A DNA stretch of 64,000 nt from assembly GCA_963697895.1 (NCBI GenBank), contig OY969100.1:864001-928000 (forward strand), read 5' to 3'. Every line of letters starts with the position of its first letter. Within the stretch, counting starts at the first letter, position 1. A program made the translations under genes and the position numbers. This DNA comes from an uncultured Methanomicrobiales archaeon (lineage in GTDB: Archaea > Halobacteriota > Methanomicrobia > Methanomicrobiales > Methanospirillaceae). The notes under the pieces were generated by a model. That model had not been told where the DNA came from. It made no database searches and saw only the letters and a list, made by a program, of their open reading frames with translations. Positions 1 through 11,285 of this stretch are shown here, one piece after another.

Positions 1-1
1 G

Positions 2-715
2 GACGTCATCGAGAAGATCCAGAAAACGAACCATGACGGATTCCCGGTTGTCAACGAGGAAGAAGTTGTCGGTTATATTTCGGCCCGTGATCTTCTCTTT
101 GTCCCACCGGGTACGCCGGTCGAAAACGTAATGTCCGATCATCTGATCGTCGCCGATCCGGATATGAGCATCAATGATGCAGCAAGGGTAATCTTCCGCT
201 CGGGGATCCAGAAACTGCCGGTGGTGGATGAGAAAAACCATCTGCTCGGAATTATCTCCAACACCGATGTGATTCGTTCCCAGATAGAGCACGTCTCCCC
301 GGAGAAGGTATTTAATTTCATGACGACACTGAAGAAACTCTATGGTGTCGAGCCTTCCCTGAAACGGGAGACCGTCTCGATCTCCGCCCTTCTCCCTACC
401 CAGTCAAGAATTTATGAAGATGAGCTTGAAGGGAGAATGTATGAGATCAAAAAGGGGCTTGCAGAACCTCTGATCGTAGTCAGAAGACCTGGTAAGCTTA
501 TCCTTGTGGATGGTCACCACCGGGCCATCGCCGCAAAAAAACTAGGCATACTCTCACTCGATGCATATGTGATCGAGATCGATGAGGAGATCGAACTCGG
601 AATGGAACGGACCGCCCGCGCAATGAACCTCAAAACACTGGATGATATCCAGGTACTGGATTACGCACGGCATCCGCTCGTCGCCATCACTCACCGCCTG
701 GTTCGCCGGGCCTAA
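2..715 (+). CDS. CBS-pair + ParB/Srx-fold domain protein (5' truncated by window edge)
   Basis: Frame is open from base 2 (DVIEKIQKTNHDGFPVV...GYISARDLL, a CBS motif), followed by a second CBS (SGIQKLPVVDEKNHLLGIIS) and the ParB/Srx signature LLPTQ...PLIV...LVDGHHR. Confidence 0.85.
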   Translation, partial: DVIEKIQKTNHDGFPVVNEEEVVGYISARDLLFVPPGTPVENVMSDHLIVADPDMSINDAARVIFRSGIQKLPVVDEKNHLLGIISNTDVIRSQIEHVSPEKVFNFMTTLKKLYGVEPSLKRETVSISALLPTQSRIYEDELEGRMYEIKKGLAEPLIVVRRPGKLILVDGHHRAIAAKKLGILSLDAYVIEIDEEIELGMERTARAMNLKTLDDIQVLDYARHPLVAITHRLVRRA

Positions 716-1890
716 GATCCTTCGCACCGGATATCGAACTTGTCGTTCAGAACGTGCTCTTTCACTACCGCCCGTTCCGGAACGACCACCTCGGGCCAGA
801 TCCGGGTCTTCGAATGAACGACAACCCCGTCACGGAGAACAACACGGGGACCGATCACGGTATCGTTTTCTATGCTGCACCGGTCACCGATTATTGTATC
901 ATTGTCAATGATACTCCCGCTTATCGTGGTATCCCGGCCGATAATCACCCGGTTGTAGATCGATGAGGAGAAGATCTTCGTGTGATTTTTTATCCGGCAA
1001 TTCTCACCGATGGTCGTATAGGGCCCGATGAGTACATTATCCCCGATACTCGTGCCCGCCCCTACCGCCACCGGACCGATCAATCGTGAATTCACGCCCA
1101 TAGAAACGGCATCTCCGAGCCAGACCGGCCCCTGGATGAGAGCCGCCTTGATGGTCAGGTCTCCGCTGATATGCGTGTACGGGAGATCCTGCAGTTTCCA
1201 GCGTTCTGCCTGGCGAAGGGAGGCGGGGCTTCCCACGTCCGTCCAGTTGCCCCGGGCAAGCCATCCCTTCAGGGTATACCCTTCGTTCATCAGGTGAGGA
1301 AAGAGGTCGCGGGCAAAATCGAACTTTTTCCCGGGGGGAATATGATCGAAGATCTCAGGACTACAGACATAAATGCCCGTGCTGGCGAGGTTCGAAAAGA
1401 TCTCTCCGGGCGCAGGCTTCTCCTTGAACCGCTTGATCTCGTAGTTTACGTCGATTTCCGCTATCCCGTATTCCTGCGGTTCGTCGATGCTGATCAACCC
1501 GATGGAGGTGATGGTCTGCCCCGACCGGTGTTCACGATAAAACTCGAGCAGATTCAGATCGGTCACATGGTCCCCACCGACGACGAGGAAGTCCTGTTCA
1601 TCAAGGTGTGACTGGGCGTTCTTGACGCTTCCTGCGGTACCCAGCTTTGTCTTTTCATGAACATAGGTGATCTCCACCCCGAACAGGGATCCGTCTCCCA
1701 GCGCATCCTCTATCGTTTCCGCCATGTAACCGAGGGTGACGATCACCTCGCGGAATCCGAGGTTGGAAAGATGTGATACCAGGTGCTGGATGGACGGCTG
1801 GTTGACGATCGGGATACAGGGTTTTGGGCGTTCGAAGGTAAGAGGCCGGAGCCTGGTCCCTTCACCCCCGCACATCACGCACACCTTCAT
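712..1890 (-). CDS. NDP-sugar pyrophosphorylase (mannose-1-phosphate guanylyltransferase-like) with left-handed beta-helix
   Basis: GGEGTRLRPLTFERPKP nucleotidyltransferase motif, LGTAGSV, FKEKP, W-DVG and C-terminal hexapeptide repeats; start moved to MKVCVM (1890). Confidence 0.9.
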   Translation of the reverse strand: MKVCVMCGGEGTRLRPLTFERPKPCIPIVNQPSIQHLVSHLSNLGFREVIVTLGYMAETIEDALGDGSLFGVEITYVHEKTKLGTAGSVKNAQSHLDEQDFLVVGGDHVTDLNLLEFYREHRSGQTITSIGLISIDEPQEYGIAEIDVNYEIKRFKEKPAPGEIFSNLASTGIYVCSPEIFDHIPPGKKFDFARDLFPHLMNEGYTLKGWLARGNWTDVGSPASLRQAERWKLQDLPYTHISGDLTIKAALIQGPVWLGDAVSMGVNSRLIGPVAVGAGTSIGDNVLIGPYTTIGENCRIKNHTKIFSSSIYNRVIIGRDTTISGSIIDNDTIIGDRCSIENDTVIGPRVVLRDGVVVHSKTRIWPEVVVPERAVVKEHVLNDKFDIRCEGS

Positions 1891-2002
1891 GATGATGCAT
1901 ATGTACCGATCCCTTTTAACCGTAACGAGGTCCGGCATTCGCCATCCCCGGTGTCCGGAGGGGCAATGCTCATCTTCCCTGCTCTCTTATGTACTGTAAC
2001 CG

Positions 2003-2851
2003 ATGACCTCTTCCGATGGCACACCCCCGCCCAACAAACTCCATCTCTACCTTGCGATTTCTATTCCCGCGGTTTCTTTCGGCGGAATTTTGGTCGCCAT
2101 TGCACTCCAGCAGGGCGGCCAGATACCCGATGCCGGAAAGTTCGCTTGGGGATGTGTTGCAGGTTCCATCCTGCTCGCCTATCTTGCCTACATTAAACCC
2201 CGGAGAGATATCGTATCGCTCTGCGCTCCGCTGTATGCGCTCCTGATGTTTATTGCGCCTCTTGAGATCCAACCAAACCTGATTCTACAGGCGCTTTTTG
2301 CCGCAAGCCTTACCATTCTCGCAGTGCGGCTGCAATTGCGGTTTAGCACGCCTCCGCCTGATGAAGGAGATGAAGACCCCATGATACCGTTCCTCGATCA
2401 GTATATAGAACGAATCCGTCCCTTGTACCGGGACATGAAATCCGGGACCGCCCATGAGATCGCCACTGCCGTCCTCTCATTCAAGTTCGGCCTCCATAAC
2501 ATGGCAGCATCGGCAGCCGATACCGCTGCGCATGAGATGGGTGAAACGGAACCGGAACAGGTGCTCAAAAAAGCCCTTATGATCGTTCATGACAGGGCGA
2601 CAAACCTCGAGAATGCCGATGTGAGTACCCATACGAATATCTCTTTCGATCCATCGGAAGAGGCATATCTCGCGATCGTGCTCCCGCCCGAGAGGGTCGA
2701 GGACCCGGATACACTCAAGATCGAGAATGCGCTGTTGCTCCTCTATGCGGTCGCCTATACAACATCCCCCGAGGATGAACAGGCCCTTGACGAACATCAG
2801 AATTATGTCATCCAGATCATTCAGAATTATAAAGATGTCCTGAAATTATAA
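2003..2851 (+). CDS. Hypothetical membrane protein (about 4 TM N-terminus, helical soluble C-terminus)
   Basis: 282-aa ORF with hydrophobic N-terminal segments, followed by a T-rich stretch. Confidence 0.7.
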   Translation: MTSSDGTPPPNKLHLYLAISIPAVSFGGILVAIALQQGGQIPDAGKFAWGCVAGSILLAYLAYIKPRRDIVSLCAPLYALLMFIAPLEIQPNLILQALFAASLTILAVRLQLRFSTPPPDEGDEDPMIPFLDQYIERIRPLYRDMKSGTAHEIATAVLSFKFGLHNMAASAADTAAHEMGETEPEQVLKKALMIVHDRATNLENADVSTHTNISFDPSEEAYLAIVLPPERVEDPDTLKIENALLLLYAVAYTTSPEDEQALDEHQNYVIQIIQNYKDVLKL

Positions 2852-2912
2852 CCCGGAAAGAACACTCTTTTTCTCCCAGATTTGACAAAAACGGGATGTA
2901 GCGGGGAGTTAT

Positions 2913-3233
2913 TTAGAGCGTGTCCAGACTCACACCGGTGAAGTCCTGCATGACTTCTCCGATCGTCTTTACGCCAAACGCCGTCTGAACCGTGTTCATA
3001 TCGAGCTGGATCGCCACATCACACATATAGTCGATGATATCGACGGAAAGTTCACGCTGTTGTTTGCTCTTCCTCAGCTGATCCACGAGAAAACTCTGCT
3101 TCTCAGGGGACTCCATCCGGAGTTTCGCGAGGCTGATCACACACATGTAGATGCGCGACAGGTTCCGGTCCGTTCCCGTGATGGTATCGAAGAAATTCCT
3201 GAGTACCTGGGCCTGAAAGACCTCTCCACTCAT
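2913..3233 (-). CDS. Hypothetical protein
   Basis: 106-aa ORF filling the gap, protein-like composition, TTTAAATA TATA-like box upstream. Confidence 0.7.
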   Translation of the reverse strand: MSGEVFQAQVLRNFFDTITGTDRNLSRIYMCVISLAKLRMESPEKQSFLVDQLRKSKQQRELSVDIIDYMCDVAIQLDMNTVQTAFGVKTIGEVMQDFTGVSLDTL

Positions 3234-3297
3234 ATTACTCAGCGTTATTAGTCTTGCTATTTAAATATTTCGCACTTTTCGGAATTTTAAACCCTGA

Positions 3298-4467
3298 TTA
3301 TTTGGCGGTACTGACAATCCTGATGATATCGCCGTCCTTAAGGGCATGGTTGTCCTTGACCCGCATCTTTGTGCGGGCATCAACGGCGTAGAGAAAACCC
3401 TTCCCGATATCCGTGTGTACCATAAACGCGAGGTCACGGGGTGTCGTACCCCTCTTCATCAGGAATGCATCCGGCAGGATCCTCCCCCGACTATCACTGA
3501 ACCGGTGCTCGTCCTCCACCGGATATACCACGATCTGATCCAGGAGGGTGAATACTGCGTGGTTGATCGCCTGTTGAACACCCGTTCCTCCATACCGGTG
3601 CATCAGATCCGCGATCTTCTGAAGACCAGCCCGCTGTGCATTGTTCAACACATCCTCCTTTTTAAGTGAAAATCCGGAATCCCCGGGTTCGTACGCGATC
3701 AGGCCTGTTTTGTCTGCATTCCGGAGGGCAAGTTCGCCCGCAGCACTGGCAAACAGGATTCCTCTTTGTTTCAGCTCTCCTGCCAGGGTTTCAGGGGCCT
3801 GGTCGATCTTGTTCCCGATGGTGATCATGGGTTTACTCATCGCGACGATCTGGGCAGAGAATTTTACCAGGTCTTCCGGTGACCCCCGAATAAGGTCGAT
3901 TCCACTCACGATCTCTGCATCCCTGACATCCTCCGGCGAGATCCCGAGTCCCGTAAAGGTCTCTGCCACCCCCTGATGTATGGAGTACGTTTTTGACTGC
4001 GCCTGTCGGAGGAGTTTCGCCCAGTGCTTTTCGAGGATTCCAAATATCCACATGGTCATCTCGAACGTGAGAAACGCAACGTCAACCATAGGGTCATGGG
4101 AACCGATCTCCACCGGATTTCCCTCGGTATCCGTGGATCCGCTCGCATCCACGATATGGAGGATGGCATCTGCCTGTCTTAAATGGTCGAGGAACTGGTT
4201 TCCGAGTCCTCTTCCCTTATGAGCGTCCGGGACAAGTCCCGCGACATCGATCATGTTCACCGGGACATAGCGGTTCCCATCCCGGCACTCGGTGCAGACC
4301 AGCCCGAGTTCCCGGCATGGACAGCGGCTGCGGACAAAGGCGACACCAAAGTTTGCATCGATCGTGGTGAACGGATAATTCGCTATCTCCGCATGGGCCA
4401 TCGTCGCCGCCCTGAAAAATGTCGATTTTCCGCAATTGGGTTTTCCTGCAAGGGCAAGCGTAATCAT
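3298..4467 (-). CDS. ychF: Obg-family ATPase/GTPase YchF with TGS domain
   Basis: GKPNCGKST P-loop, YPFTT, DVAGLV...GLGNQFL, NKID, C-terminal TGS (LAFMVHTDIGKGF...LKDGDII). Confidence 0.93.
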   Translation of the reverse strand: MITLALAGKPNCGKSTFFRAATMAHAEIANYPFTTIDANFGVAFVRSRCPCRELGLVCTECRDGNRYVPVNMIDVAGLVPDAHKGRGLGNQFLDHLRQADAILHIVDASGSTDTEGNPVEIGSHDPMVDVAFLTFEMTMWIFGILEKHWAKLLRQAQSKTYSIHQGVAETFTGLGISPEDVRDAEIVSGIDLIRGSPEDLVKFSAQIVAMSKPMITIGNKIDQAPETLAGELKQRGILFASAAGELALRNADKTGLIAYEPGDSGFSLKKEDVLNNAQRAGLQKIADLMHRYGGTGVQQAINHAVFTLLDQIVVYPVEDEHRFSDSRGRILPDAFLMKRGTTPRDLAFMVHTDIGKGFLYAVDARTKMRVKDNHALKDGDIIRIVSTAK

Positions 4468-4508
4468 AACAATTCCCTTAAATGATAGGACTCTATTAAA
4501 ATGTTATT

Positions 4509-5099
4509 ATGTCATTTGTCAAAAGAATTACCTACTATTTTGATACGCCGGGACCGGGAAATACCGAAGATGCTGCCCGGTTTGCAGTGGATCGCGCCCG
4601 GGAGCTCGGGATACAGACGATCGTCGTGGCCAGTACGTCGGGGGAAACAGCGCTGAAATTTCTTGACGCCATATCCGGGACCGGTCTTCATCTCGTGGTG
4701 GTAACTCATGTCGTGGGATTTTCGAAACCCGGTGTATGGGAATTTTCTCAGGCAACCGCAGGAACGCTCCGGAACGCCGGGGCGGTGATCGTTACCGGAA
4801 CGCATACGCTCTCCGGGCTGGAACGTGCCATGTCCCGGTCGCCAAGGATCGGCGGGGGCTCCCGCACCGAAGCCATCGCGGAAGCCCTTCGCCGTGTCGT
4901 TGCCGTCGGGCTGAAGGTCGCGATCGAATGCGTATTGATTGCGACGGACCAGGGAGTTCTCCCGATCGACAAGGAAGTTGTGGCTGCAGGCGGTACGGGA
5001 AGCGGTACAGATACTATATGCGTTATCCGCCCATCCTATACCGCGTCCTTCTTTGACCTCCAGGTCCGGGAGATCGTGGCGATGCCGCGGGAACGATAG
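4509..5099 (+). CDS. Pyruvate kinase C-terminal (PK_C)-like stand-alone protein (COG1751-type)
   Basis: YFDTPGPGNT, IVVASTSGETA, VVTH, GTHTLSGLER, GLKVAIEC, GTGSGTDT, VREIVAMPR. Confidence 0.8.
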   Translation: MSFVKRITYYFDTPGPGNTEDAARFAVDRARELGIQTIVVASTSGETALKFLDAISGTGLHLVVVTHVVGFSKPGVWEFSQATAGTLRNAGAVIVTGTHTLSGLERAMSRSPRIGGGSRTEAIAEALRRVVAVGLKVAIECVLIATDQGVLPIDKEVVAAGGTGSGTDTICVIRPSYTASFFDLQVREIVAMPRER

Positions 5100-5100
5100 G

Positions 5101-5941
5101 ATGCTCTTCGAAGCACTCCGTAACGCGCTCTCCGGCATGATCCGGATGCCAGTACTCTGGCTGGCCGGACTCTTCCTCGGGTTCTTCGTTATGGGCGATC
5201 TGATGCTGGAATATTACAGCGGGTTCTTCCTGGCAGGAAAACTCTGGATCATAGGAATCATCATTCTTCCCCTGTTCATCGCCGGAATGCTCCATTCTAT
5301 CAAATCGGGTGACCCGGGATTCGGGCCATTCTTCAGGGAAGGGATGAAGAGATACTTCCGTGTCCTTCTTCCCGGCCTTATCATCCTGTTTGTGGCTTTG
5401 GTCACTATAGGACTCATCATTCTCGGCCTTACCCTGATAGGAATAGGGCCCGGAAGCGGCGTGACGATCATCCCTATCGCCGGAGTGATCATACCATTCA
5501 TTTTCTTTACGATCTTTTACGATACTGTTGCCGTCTTTGAGGATAAACCGGCATTCGAGTCGATCAGAAGAAGCGTTGAGATCGTTCTCTCTCGTCCGGG
5601 GCCGGTTCTGGTCTTCTTTATCTCCATCCTGATCGTCGTATTCGGCGTCACTTTTTTACTCCTGATTATATGGAGACTCCCTTCTCTTCACGCGGCTCGA
5701 GCTGCTTACGACCTGGAACACAACCCAGATCGAAGCACTGACCCCCGATGCATTCATCGGTCTCCTCGGGACAGATGGGATATGGATCACCGCAATCCTG
5801 GTCGCAGTGGGGCTTATCCTGCTGGTCACCTTCTGTTATGTATTCAAAGCATACGTATACCGGGCAATAGCTCCCGCTACGGTCGTTCCGGAACAGGAAG
5901 CCGGAGAATATGACAGCAAAGGCCGCTGGTACAAATATTAA
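5101..5941 (+). CDS. Polytopic membrane protein with a one-base frameshift near 5674
   Basis: Hydrophobic ORF from ATG 5101; after ...LLIIW the +1 frame continues DSLLFTRLELLTTWNTTQIEALTP...GIWITAILVAVGLILLVTFCYVFKAY...GEYDSKGRWYKY* (TAA 5939-5941), while the track frame becomes junk. Confidence 0.75.
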
Positions 5942-6073
5942 TATTTTTTCCCGGGACGGAATAAGGCGGGTTTTCGCACAGGTAAAAAAAGATGCGTTAG
6001 AGTATCGAGATTTTCGGATCCCGTTTTTTACGGTAATCATCACCCGAATAGGTGAATAACCAACCCGAATTTC

Positions 6074-7282
6074 TCAGAAGAACATAAAAATCGCCATCGC
6101 AAACAGACCCCCGCCAAGGGTCGCCAGCACATTTGTACCGGCATTCCCGATCCATCCCCTGTTTTCGATCACTGCCCCGATCAGGCTGTCGATGTTTGTC
6201 CCGACGAACCCGGCTGCGATACCTATACCAATCATGAACGGGCTGATTACCCCGAGATAGTAGGCCACGACCGTGACGATTATGGCACTGATCAGGGCAG
6301 ACATCTCTCCCAGCACGGTTATCCCACCATTGGTTCCTGCAGGAACCCGTTTCAGGGTTGTGATCATGTAGGGTGTTCCTCCCGTAACACCGATCTCGCT
6401 TGCTACCGTATCAGCGGTAGCAGTTGCGACACTTCCCATGAAAAGAGCGATGAAGAGTGGGGAAGCGGTCAGCCCATATAACACGGCGGCAGACGCGGAA
6501 ACGATCCCGTTTGCAAATACGTTCCGGTAACCACGGGCGCCCCCATGTGATTGTTCCACGCCCATATGCTCCTTTTCGAAAAAACGATATCTCGTGGCAG
6601 CTGATCCGAGGATGAAGAACGTAAGCATTACCAGGAACCACTGAACACTCGCAAACACGATCAGGATAATTCCAATCAATGCTGCGGAGAATAGCCCGGA
6701 GAGATCGGCTGTCCGCATTTTGTAAGAAAAATAGCCAAAGCCAAATGCGATGACAACGGCAACTGCGATCAGGATCAGTTCGGCCTGATAATTCAGTTCT
6801 TCGATCAGAAACATGATCATCGCCACCCCCAGCGCCTCGATCATCAGCGCGTCATCCCGTTCCCGAAGGATGGCTTTCAGCATGACCGCAACAACGATAC
6901 CGAGCAGGATTGCGAGGGGAGCCGGATGATTGAGATAAATCGTGATAAGGCCGCAACTCACCGCAGCGGCAGCGATGTATGCGATATAGGAGTATGGTTC
7001 CCCGCCGGTCATCCGGAAGGCAAGCTCGCCGAATATGATGATTGCCAGTGTGCAGGAGAATACGAGGAGCGGAAGAAATGCGAAGGCATAGAGAATAGCG
7101 ATGACGGCCATTGCATATGATATATACTTTGTTTTTTCGAACGAATAGAGGAGGATCGAGAAGACCAGGACCACGATCGAGAGGAACCAGGGAGGCTGGA
7201 TAAAGGGCGCAATTAATATAAACGCAAGTGCGAGGACTGCGGCAAGCCAGAGACCTGGTTGGGCCTTCATGTGGATCATCAT
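6074..7282 (-). CDS. DUF92 / TIGR00297-type integral membrane protein
   Basis: FFILGSAATRY, GARGYRNVFANG, ATADTVASEIG, VPAGTNGGIT, DSLIGA...N..N motifs. Confidence 0.85.
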   Translation of the reverse strand: MMIHMKAQPGLWLAAVLALAFILIAPFIQPPWFLSIVVLVFSILLYSFEKTKYISYAMAVIAILYAFAFLPLLVFSCTLAIIIFGELAFRMTGGEPYSYIAYIAAAAVSCGLITIYLNHPAPLAILLGIVVAVMLKAILRERDDALMIEALGVAMIMFLIEELNYQAELILIAVAVVIAFGFGYFSYKMRTADLSGLFSAALIGIILIVFASVQWFLVMLTFFILGSAATRYRFFEKEHMGVEQSHGGARGYRNVFANGIVSASAAVLYGLTASPLFIALFMGSVATATADTVASEIGVTGGTPYMITTLKRVPAGTNGGITVLGEMSALISAIIVTVVAYYLGVISPFMIGIGIAAGFVGTNIDSLIGAVIENRGWIGNAGTNVLATLGGGLFAMAIFMFF

Positions 7283-7407
7283 CTGTTTTTTCTCTGGAAG
7301 AAGTTTCTTGTTTCATTTGTTCAGAAAGGAACCGGCCTGTTTCACGAATTTGAACCCTGTTACCGGACTCGAACAGTATATCTGATGAAAAAACAAACAG
7401 ATAATGA

Positions 7408-10002
7408 ATGTCATCATCACCGGAACTCCCGAAGACCTATGATTTTGCTGAGGTCGAGCGGCGGTGGCAGCACACATGGCGCGATCGGGATAATTATTTC
7501 GATCAGAATTCTTCCAGACCACGGTTCATCATTGATACCCCTCCACCGTACCCGACAGGGAACTTCCACATCGGCAACGCTCTCAATTGGTGTTATATCG
7601 ATTTTATTGCGCGATACAAACGGATGAACGGATATAATGTGATGTTTCCCCAGGGATGGGACTGTCACGGGCTCCCGACCGAGGTGAAAGTGGAGGAGAT
7701 CCACGGGATCACCAAGAATGATCTCCCGCGGGAACAGTTCCGACAGATGTGCCGGGATCTGACACTCGGGAACATCGAGAAGATGCGGAGGACGCTCCGG
7801 CAACTTGGGTTCTCGGTAGACTGGTCCAACGAATACATCACAATGATGCCGCAATATTACAAAAAGACCCAGCTCTCTTTTCTCCGTATGCTCGCCGACG
7901 GCTATATCTATCAGAGTGAACATCCGGTTAACTTCTGTACCCGGTGCGAGACTGCGATCGCCTTTGCGGAAGTCGCGTATGACGACCGGGAAACGAAACT
8001 GAATTATTTTGACTTTGACGGCCTTGAGATCGCAACCACCCGCCCCGAGCTCCTCGCCGCGTGTGTGGCGGTTGCGGTGCACCCGGAGGACCCGCGATAC
8101 CGGGATCTGAAGGGGAAGACTCTGCAGGTCCCTATCTTCCAACATCGGGTGCCGGTCATAACTGATACAGCCGTAGATCCGGCTTTCGGGTCAGGGGCGG
8201 TGATGATCTGCACGTTTGGGGATAAACAGGATGTCCACTGGTGGAAACAGCATAACCTCGAGCTCCGGAAAGCGGTCGACCGCGGTGGGAGGATGACATC
8301 AATCGCGGGCAGGTATACGGGGCTTCGTTCCGATGAGTGCCGTGCGGCCATCCTGGCAGATATGGAAATGGCAGGGACCCTGAAACGGCAGGAACCCCTC
8401 GGGCAACGGGTAGGCGCCTGCTGGCGATGCAGGACGCCGATCGAGATTATGAGCGAGCGGCAATGGTTTGTCAGGATAAAACCGCAGGAGATTCTGGATG
8501 CTGCGCAGGATATCCACTGGACGCCTGACCATATGCTCCTCCGGATGGAGAATTGGGTGGAGCAGATGGAATGGGACTGGTGCATCTCCCGGCAGCGGAT
8601 CTTTGCCACGCCCATCCCGGTCTGGTTCTGCAGCCGGTGCGGAGGGATGGTACTTCCCGCTGAGGAGGAACTGCCCGTCGATCCGACGGTCGACCGGCCA
8701 AAACGACCTTGTCCGGCATGCGGATCGGACCAGTTCACCGGGGAGGAGGATGTTTTGGATACATGGATGGACTCCTCCATCTCGGTCCTCAATGTGACCG
8801 GGTGGGACGGAAACGGGGTAACTCCTCTCCTCCCGGCCCAGCTCCGGCCGCAGGGTCACGACATAATCCGGACCTGGGCATTTTACACCATCCTCCGCTC
8901 GGTTGCGCTCACCGGGAAGAAACCCTGGGATGAGATCCTGGTCAACGGTATGGTCCTCGGGGAGGACGGGTACAAGATGAGCAAGAGCCGGGGAAACATC
9001 ATTGCTCCGGAGGAGATCGTGGTAAAATATGGTGCAGATGCGTTCCGACAGTGGGGAGCTTCCGGGGCCGCAACCGGTTCGGACATCATGTTCAACTGGA
9101 ACGATGTCATCTCCGCCTCCCGTTTTGAGACAAAGATGTGGAACATTGCACGGTTTGTCCTCCTTCAGCTGGAAAAGCGGGAGTTTTCCCCCGATGCACC
9201 GGTCACCGCCCTTGCCGACCGCTGGCTGAAGGAGCGACTCTCAACGACCATATCCGAGGTGACCACTGCAATGGAGAGCTACCAGTTTGACCGGTCCCTC
9301 AAGGCGATCCGGGAATTTGCATGGGATATATTCGCCGACAACTACATCGAGCTTGTTAAGGGAAGGCTCTATTCCGACGATGAAGGAAGGGATGGCGCAT
9401 GCCGTGTGCTCGCTGATGCATACGATGCGCTCTGCCGGATGCTTGCACCATTCACCCCGTATTTTGCCGAAGAATGTTATTCGTACCTGAACAAGGGGAG
9501 TGTCCATGCACAGTCCTGGCCGCAGCCAACCGGAAGGGATGAAACGGCGATGCGTGAAGGGGATATGCTCACTCAGGTGGTGGCGGAGGTGCGGCGGTAC
9601 AAACATGAACAGGGTCTTGCGCTCAATGCTCCGCTCGGCAGGGTAACGATCTTTGTGCCACACACGATCGATGACAAAGGGGATGCATCGAGAACACTGA
9701 ATGCAGAGGTACGCTGGCGTTCCGATACCGCACGCCTCGATCGGGTCGCGCGGGACATCTCGTTCGATATGTCGGTGATCGGGCCTTCCCTTCGAAACCG
9801 GGCGCAGGGTTTCATGGCCGCGGTCCGCGCCTTACCGCCGGAAGAGCTGGAGAATCCACCGGATACCGTGACCGTAGACGGCGAGAAGATTGGGGTGCCT
9901 CCCGGGGCATTCTACCCGGTCTTTTCCTATATGGAAGAAGGATCGCTGGTCGATCTGATTATGGTCGGTGACGTGATCGTGACGATTCAGAAAGTGTCCT
10001 GA
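7408..10002 (+). CDS. valS: Valine--tRNA ligase
   Basis: [15 protein letters not shown] (HIGH), [30 protein letters not shown]. Confidence 0.97.
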   Translation: MSSSPELPKTYDFAEVERRWQHTWRDRDNYFDQNSSRPRFIIDTPPPYPTGNFHIGNALNWCYIDFIARYKRMNGYNVMFPQGWDCHGLPTEVKVEEIHGITKNDLPREQFRQMCRDLTLGNIEKMRRTLRQLGFSVDWSNEYITMMPQYYKKTQLSFLRMLADGYIYQSEHPVNFCTRCETAIAFAEVAYDDRETKLNYFDFDGLEIATTRPELLAACVAVAVHPEDPRYRDLKGKTLQVPIFQHRVPVITDTAVDPAFGSGAVMICTFGDKQDVHWWKQHNLELRKAVDRGGRMTSIAGRYTGLRSDECRAAILADMEMAGTLKRQEPLGQRVGACWRCRTPIEIMSERQWFVRIKPQEILDAAQDIHWTPDHMLLRMENWVEQMEWDWCISRQRIFATPIPVWFCSRCGGMVLPAEEELPVDPTVDRPKRPCPACGSDQFTGEEDVLDTWMDSSISVLNVTGWDGNGVTPLLPAQLRPQGHDIIRTWAFYTILRSVALTGKKPWDEILVNGMVLGEDGYKMSKSRGNIIAPEEIVVKYGADAFRQWGASGAATGSDIMFNWNDVISASRFETKMWNIARFVLLQLEKREFSPDAPVTALADRWLKERLSTTISEVTTAMESYQFDRSLKAIREFAWDIFADNYIELVKGRLYSDDEGRDGACRVLADAYDALCRMLAPFTPYFAEECYSYLNKGSVHAQSWPQPTGRDETAMREGDMLTQVVAEVRRYKHEQGLALNAPLGRVTIFVPHTIDDKGDASRTLNAEVRWRSDTARLDRVARDISFDMSVIGPSLRNRAQGFMAAVRALPPEELENPPDTVTVDGEKIGVPPGAFYPVFSYMEEGSLVDLIMVGDVIVTIQKVS

Positions 10003-10576
10003 TTGTGTCGGCAGTGAACCGGTGAATCTCTGCTTCTTCTTTTAACGCATCCACGATGATGAACCGGCCCGGTTCACGGGCAGCAAGGTTCAGATATGCA
10101 TCCTGTACCCGTTTGAGTATATCCGCCCGCTCAAAGTGCTCGAGCGGGGTGGGTTTGTGCAGCCGCGAGAGCGCCACCTCGATCGGGAGCACCAGAAGGA
10201 ATGTATGATCCGGGGGGATTGTCCATCCGTTATGGAGCGCCCGGAGCCATAAGAGGGGGTCGGGGAGTTGCCCTTCGAGCGTGACGGACTGGTATGCATA
10301 CCGGCTGTCGGAGTACCGGTCGGATATGATCAGGTCGCCACGGGCGATCCCGGGACGGATGATCGAAGCGACATGGGCTGCATGATCTGCGGTGAAAAGG
10401 AGCGCTTCGGTGATCGGGTCCATCTCCTGGGCAATAGCCCTCCGGACCTGGTCCCCGACCCATGTCGCTCCCGGTTCGCGGGTGATGACCGGGTGGAGAT
10501 CTGCAAGAAGCGGCCCGAGAGAACTGACAAGACTTGATTTGCCACTCCCGTCGATTCCCTCTATGGTGATCAGCAC
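9959..10576 (-). CDS. tmk: Thymidylate (dTMP) kinase
   Basis: [35 protein letters not shown]. Confidence 0.95.
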   Translation of the reverse strand: MLITIEGIDGSGKSSLVSSLGPLLADLHPVITREPGATWVGDQVRRAIAQEMDPITEALLFTADHAAHVASIIRPGIARGDLIISDRYSDSRYAYQSVTLEGQLPDPLLWLRALHNGWTIPPDHTFLLVLPIEVALSRLHKPTPLEHFERADILKRVQDAYLNLAAREPGRFIIVDALKEEAEIHRFTADTIRTLSESSRSRHRP

Positions 10577-11241
10577 ACGAATCCTCTCCGTATGGCATCC
10601 AGCGGAATCGCGCCGGTATGGACACCAGTGGCGATGATCGCCCCGTCAAAGCCGGCATCTGCGAGGGCTTCGATATCGTGCATCGTAGCCACTCCCCCTC
10701 CGTAGAAAAGAGGTTTGCGGTATGCTCTCCTCAACTCCCCGAGCCGTTCTCCTCCAACACCGCTTCCGGTGCCGACGGCACTGATATTAAGGATTATACA
10801 GCCGTTGAATCCCATTTTTTCCACCAATTCAAGGGACCTGACTGGATCTTCCCCGGTGGGGATAATATGGCCGCCTTTCACATCGAGACTCAGGTATCCG
10901 CCGGTATAGGCCGAAAGGTCTGTTCCTCCGGTCTCTGTCCCGATGACATTGATTACCCGGTCGTTGGTAAGGAGATCAGAAGGAGATCTGCTCCCCCGGT
11001 CCACATAGCATTGTTCGACAAGCCGTGAGCATGCGATGATCTCCCGGATATTATCTCCTGTTCCTTCTATCCGGTCGAGGTCGGCGATATAGAGGAACCG
11101 GGGACGGATATGGTTGATAAATGCATCCGGAACCGCTGAAGGTGCCGCCCCCCAGACGAGGGGACGGTAGCCGGCCCGCTCACCACGGCTCCCATGCACA
11201 ACAGTCCCTGATTTCAAATCCATTGCAAGAATCAGCTGCAT
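10570..11241 (-). CDS. HisA/HisF-related TIM-barrel protein (methanogen HisAF-related family)
   Basis: ILAMDLKSGTVVHG..GER..Y, LYIADLDRI, VIGTETG, LSLDVKGG, YGGGV, GAIIATGVH; start moved to MQLILAM. Confidence 0.85.
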   Translation of the reverse strand: MQLILAMDLKSGTVVHGSRGERAGYRPLVWGAAPSAVPDAFINHIRPRFLYIADLDRIEGTGDNIREIIACSRLVEQCYVDRGSRSPSDLLTNDRVINVIGTETGGTDLSAYTGGYLSLDVKGGHIIPTGEDPVRSLELVEKMGFNGCIILNISAVGTGSGVGGERLGELRRAYRKPLFYGGGVATMHDIEALADAGFDGAIIATGVHTGAIPLDAIRRGFVC

Positions 11242-11285
11242 CTCTCTAACGTAATCACTATTAGGATAAAAGATCATTAAGTTTT

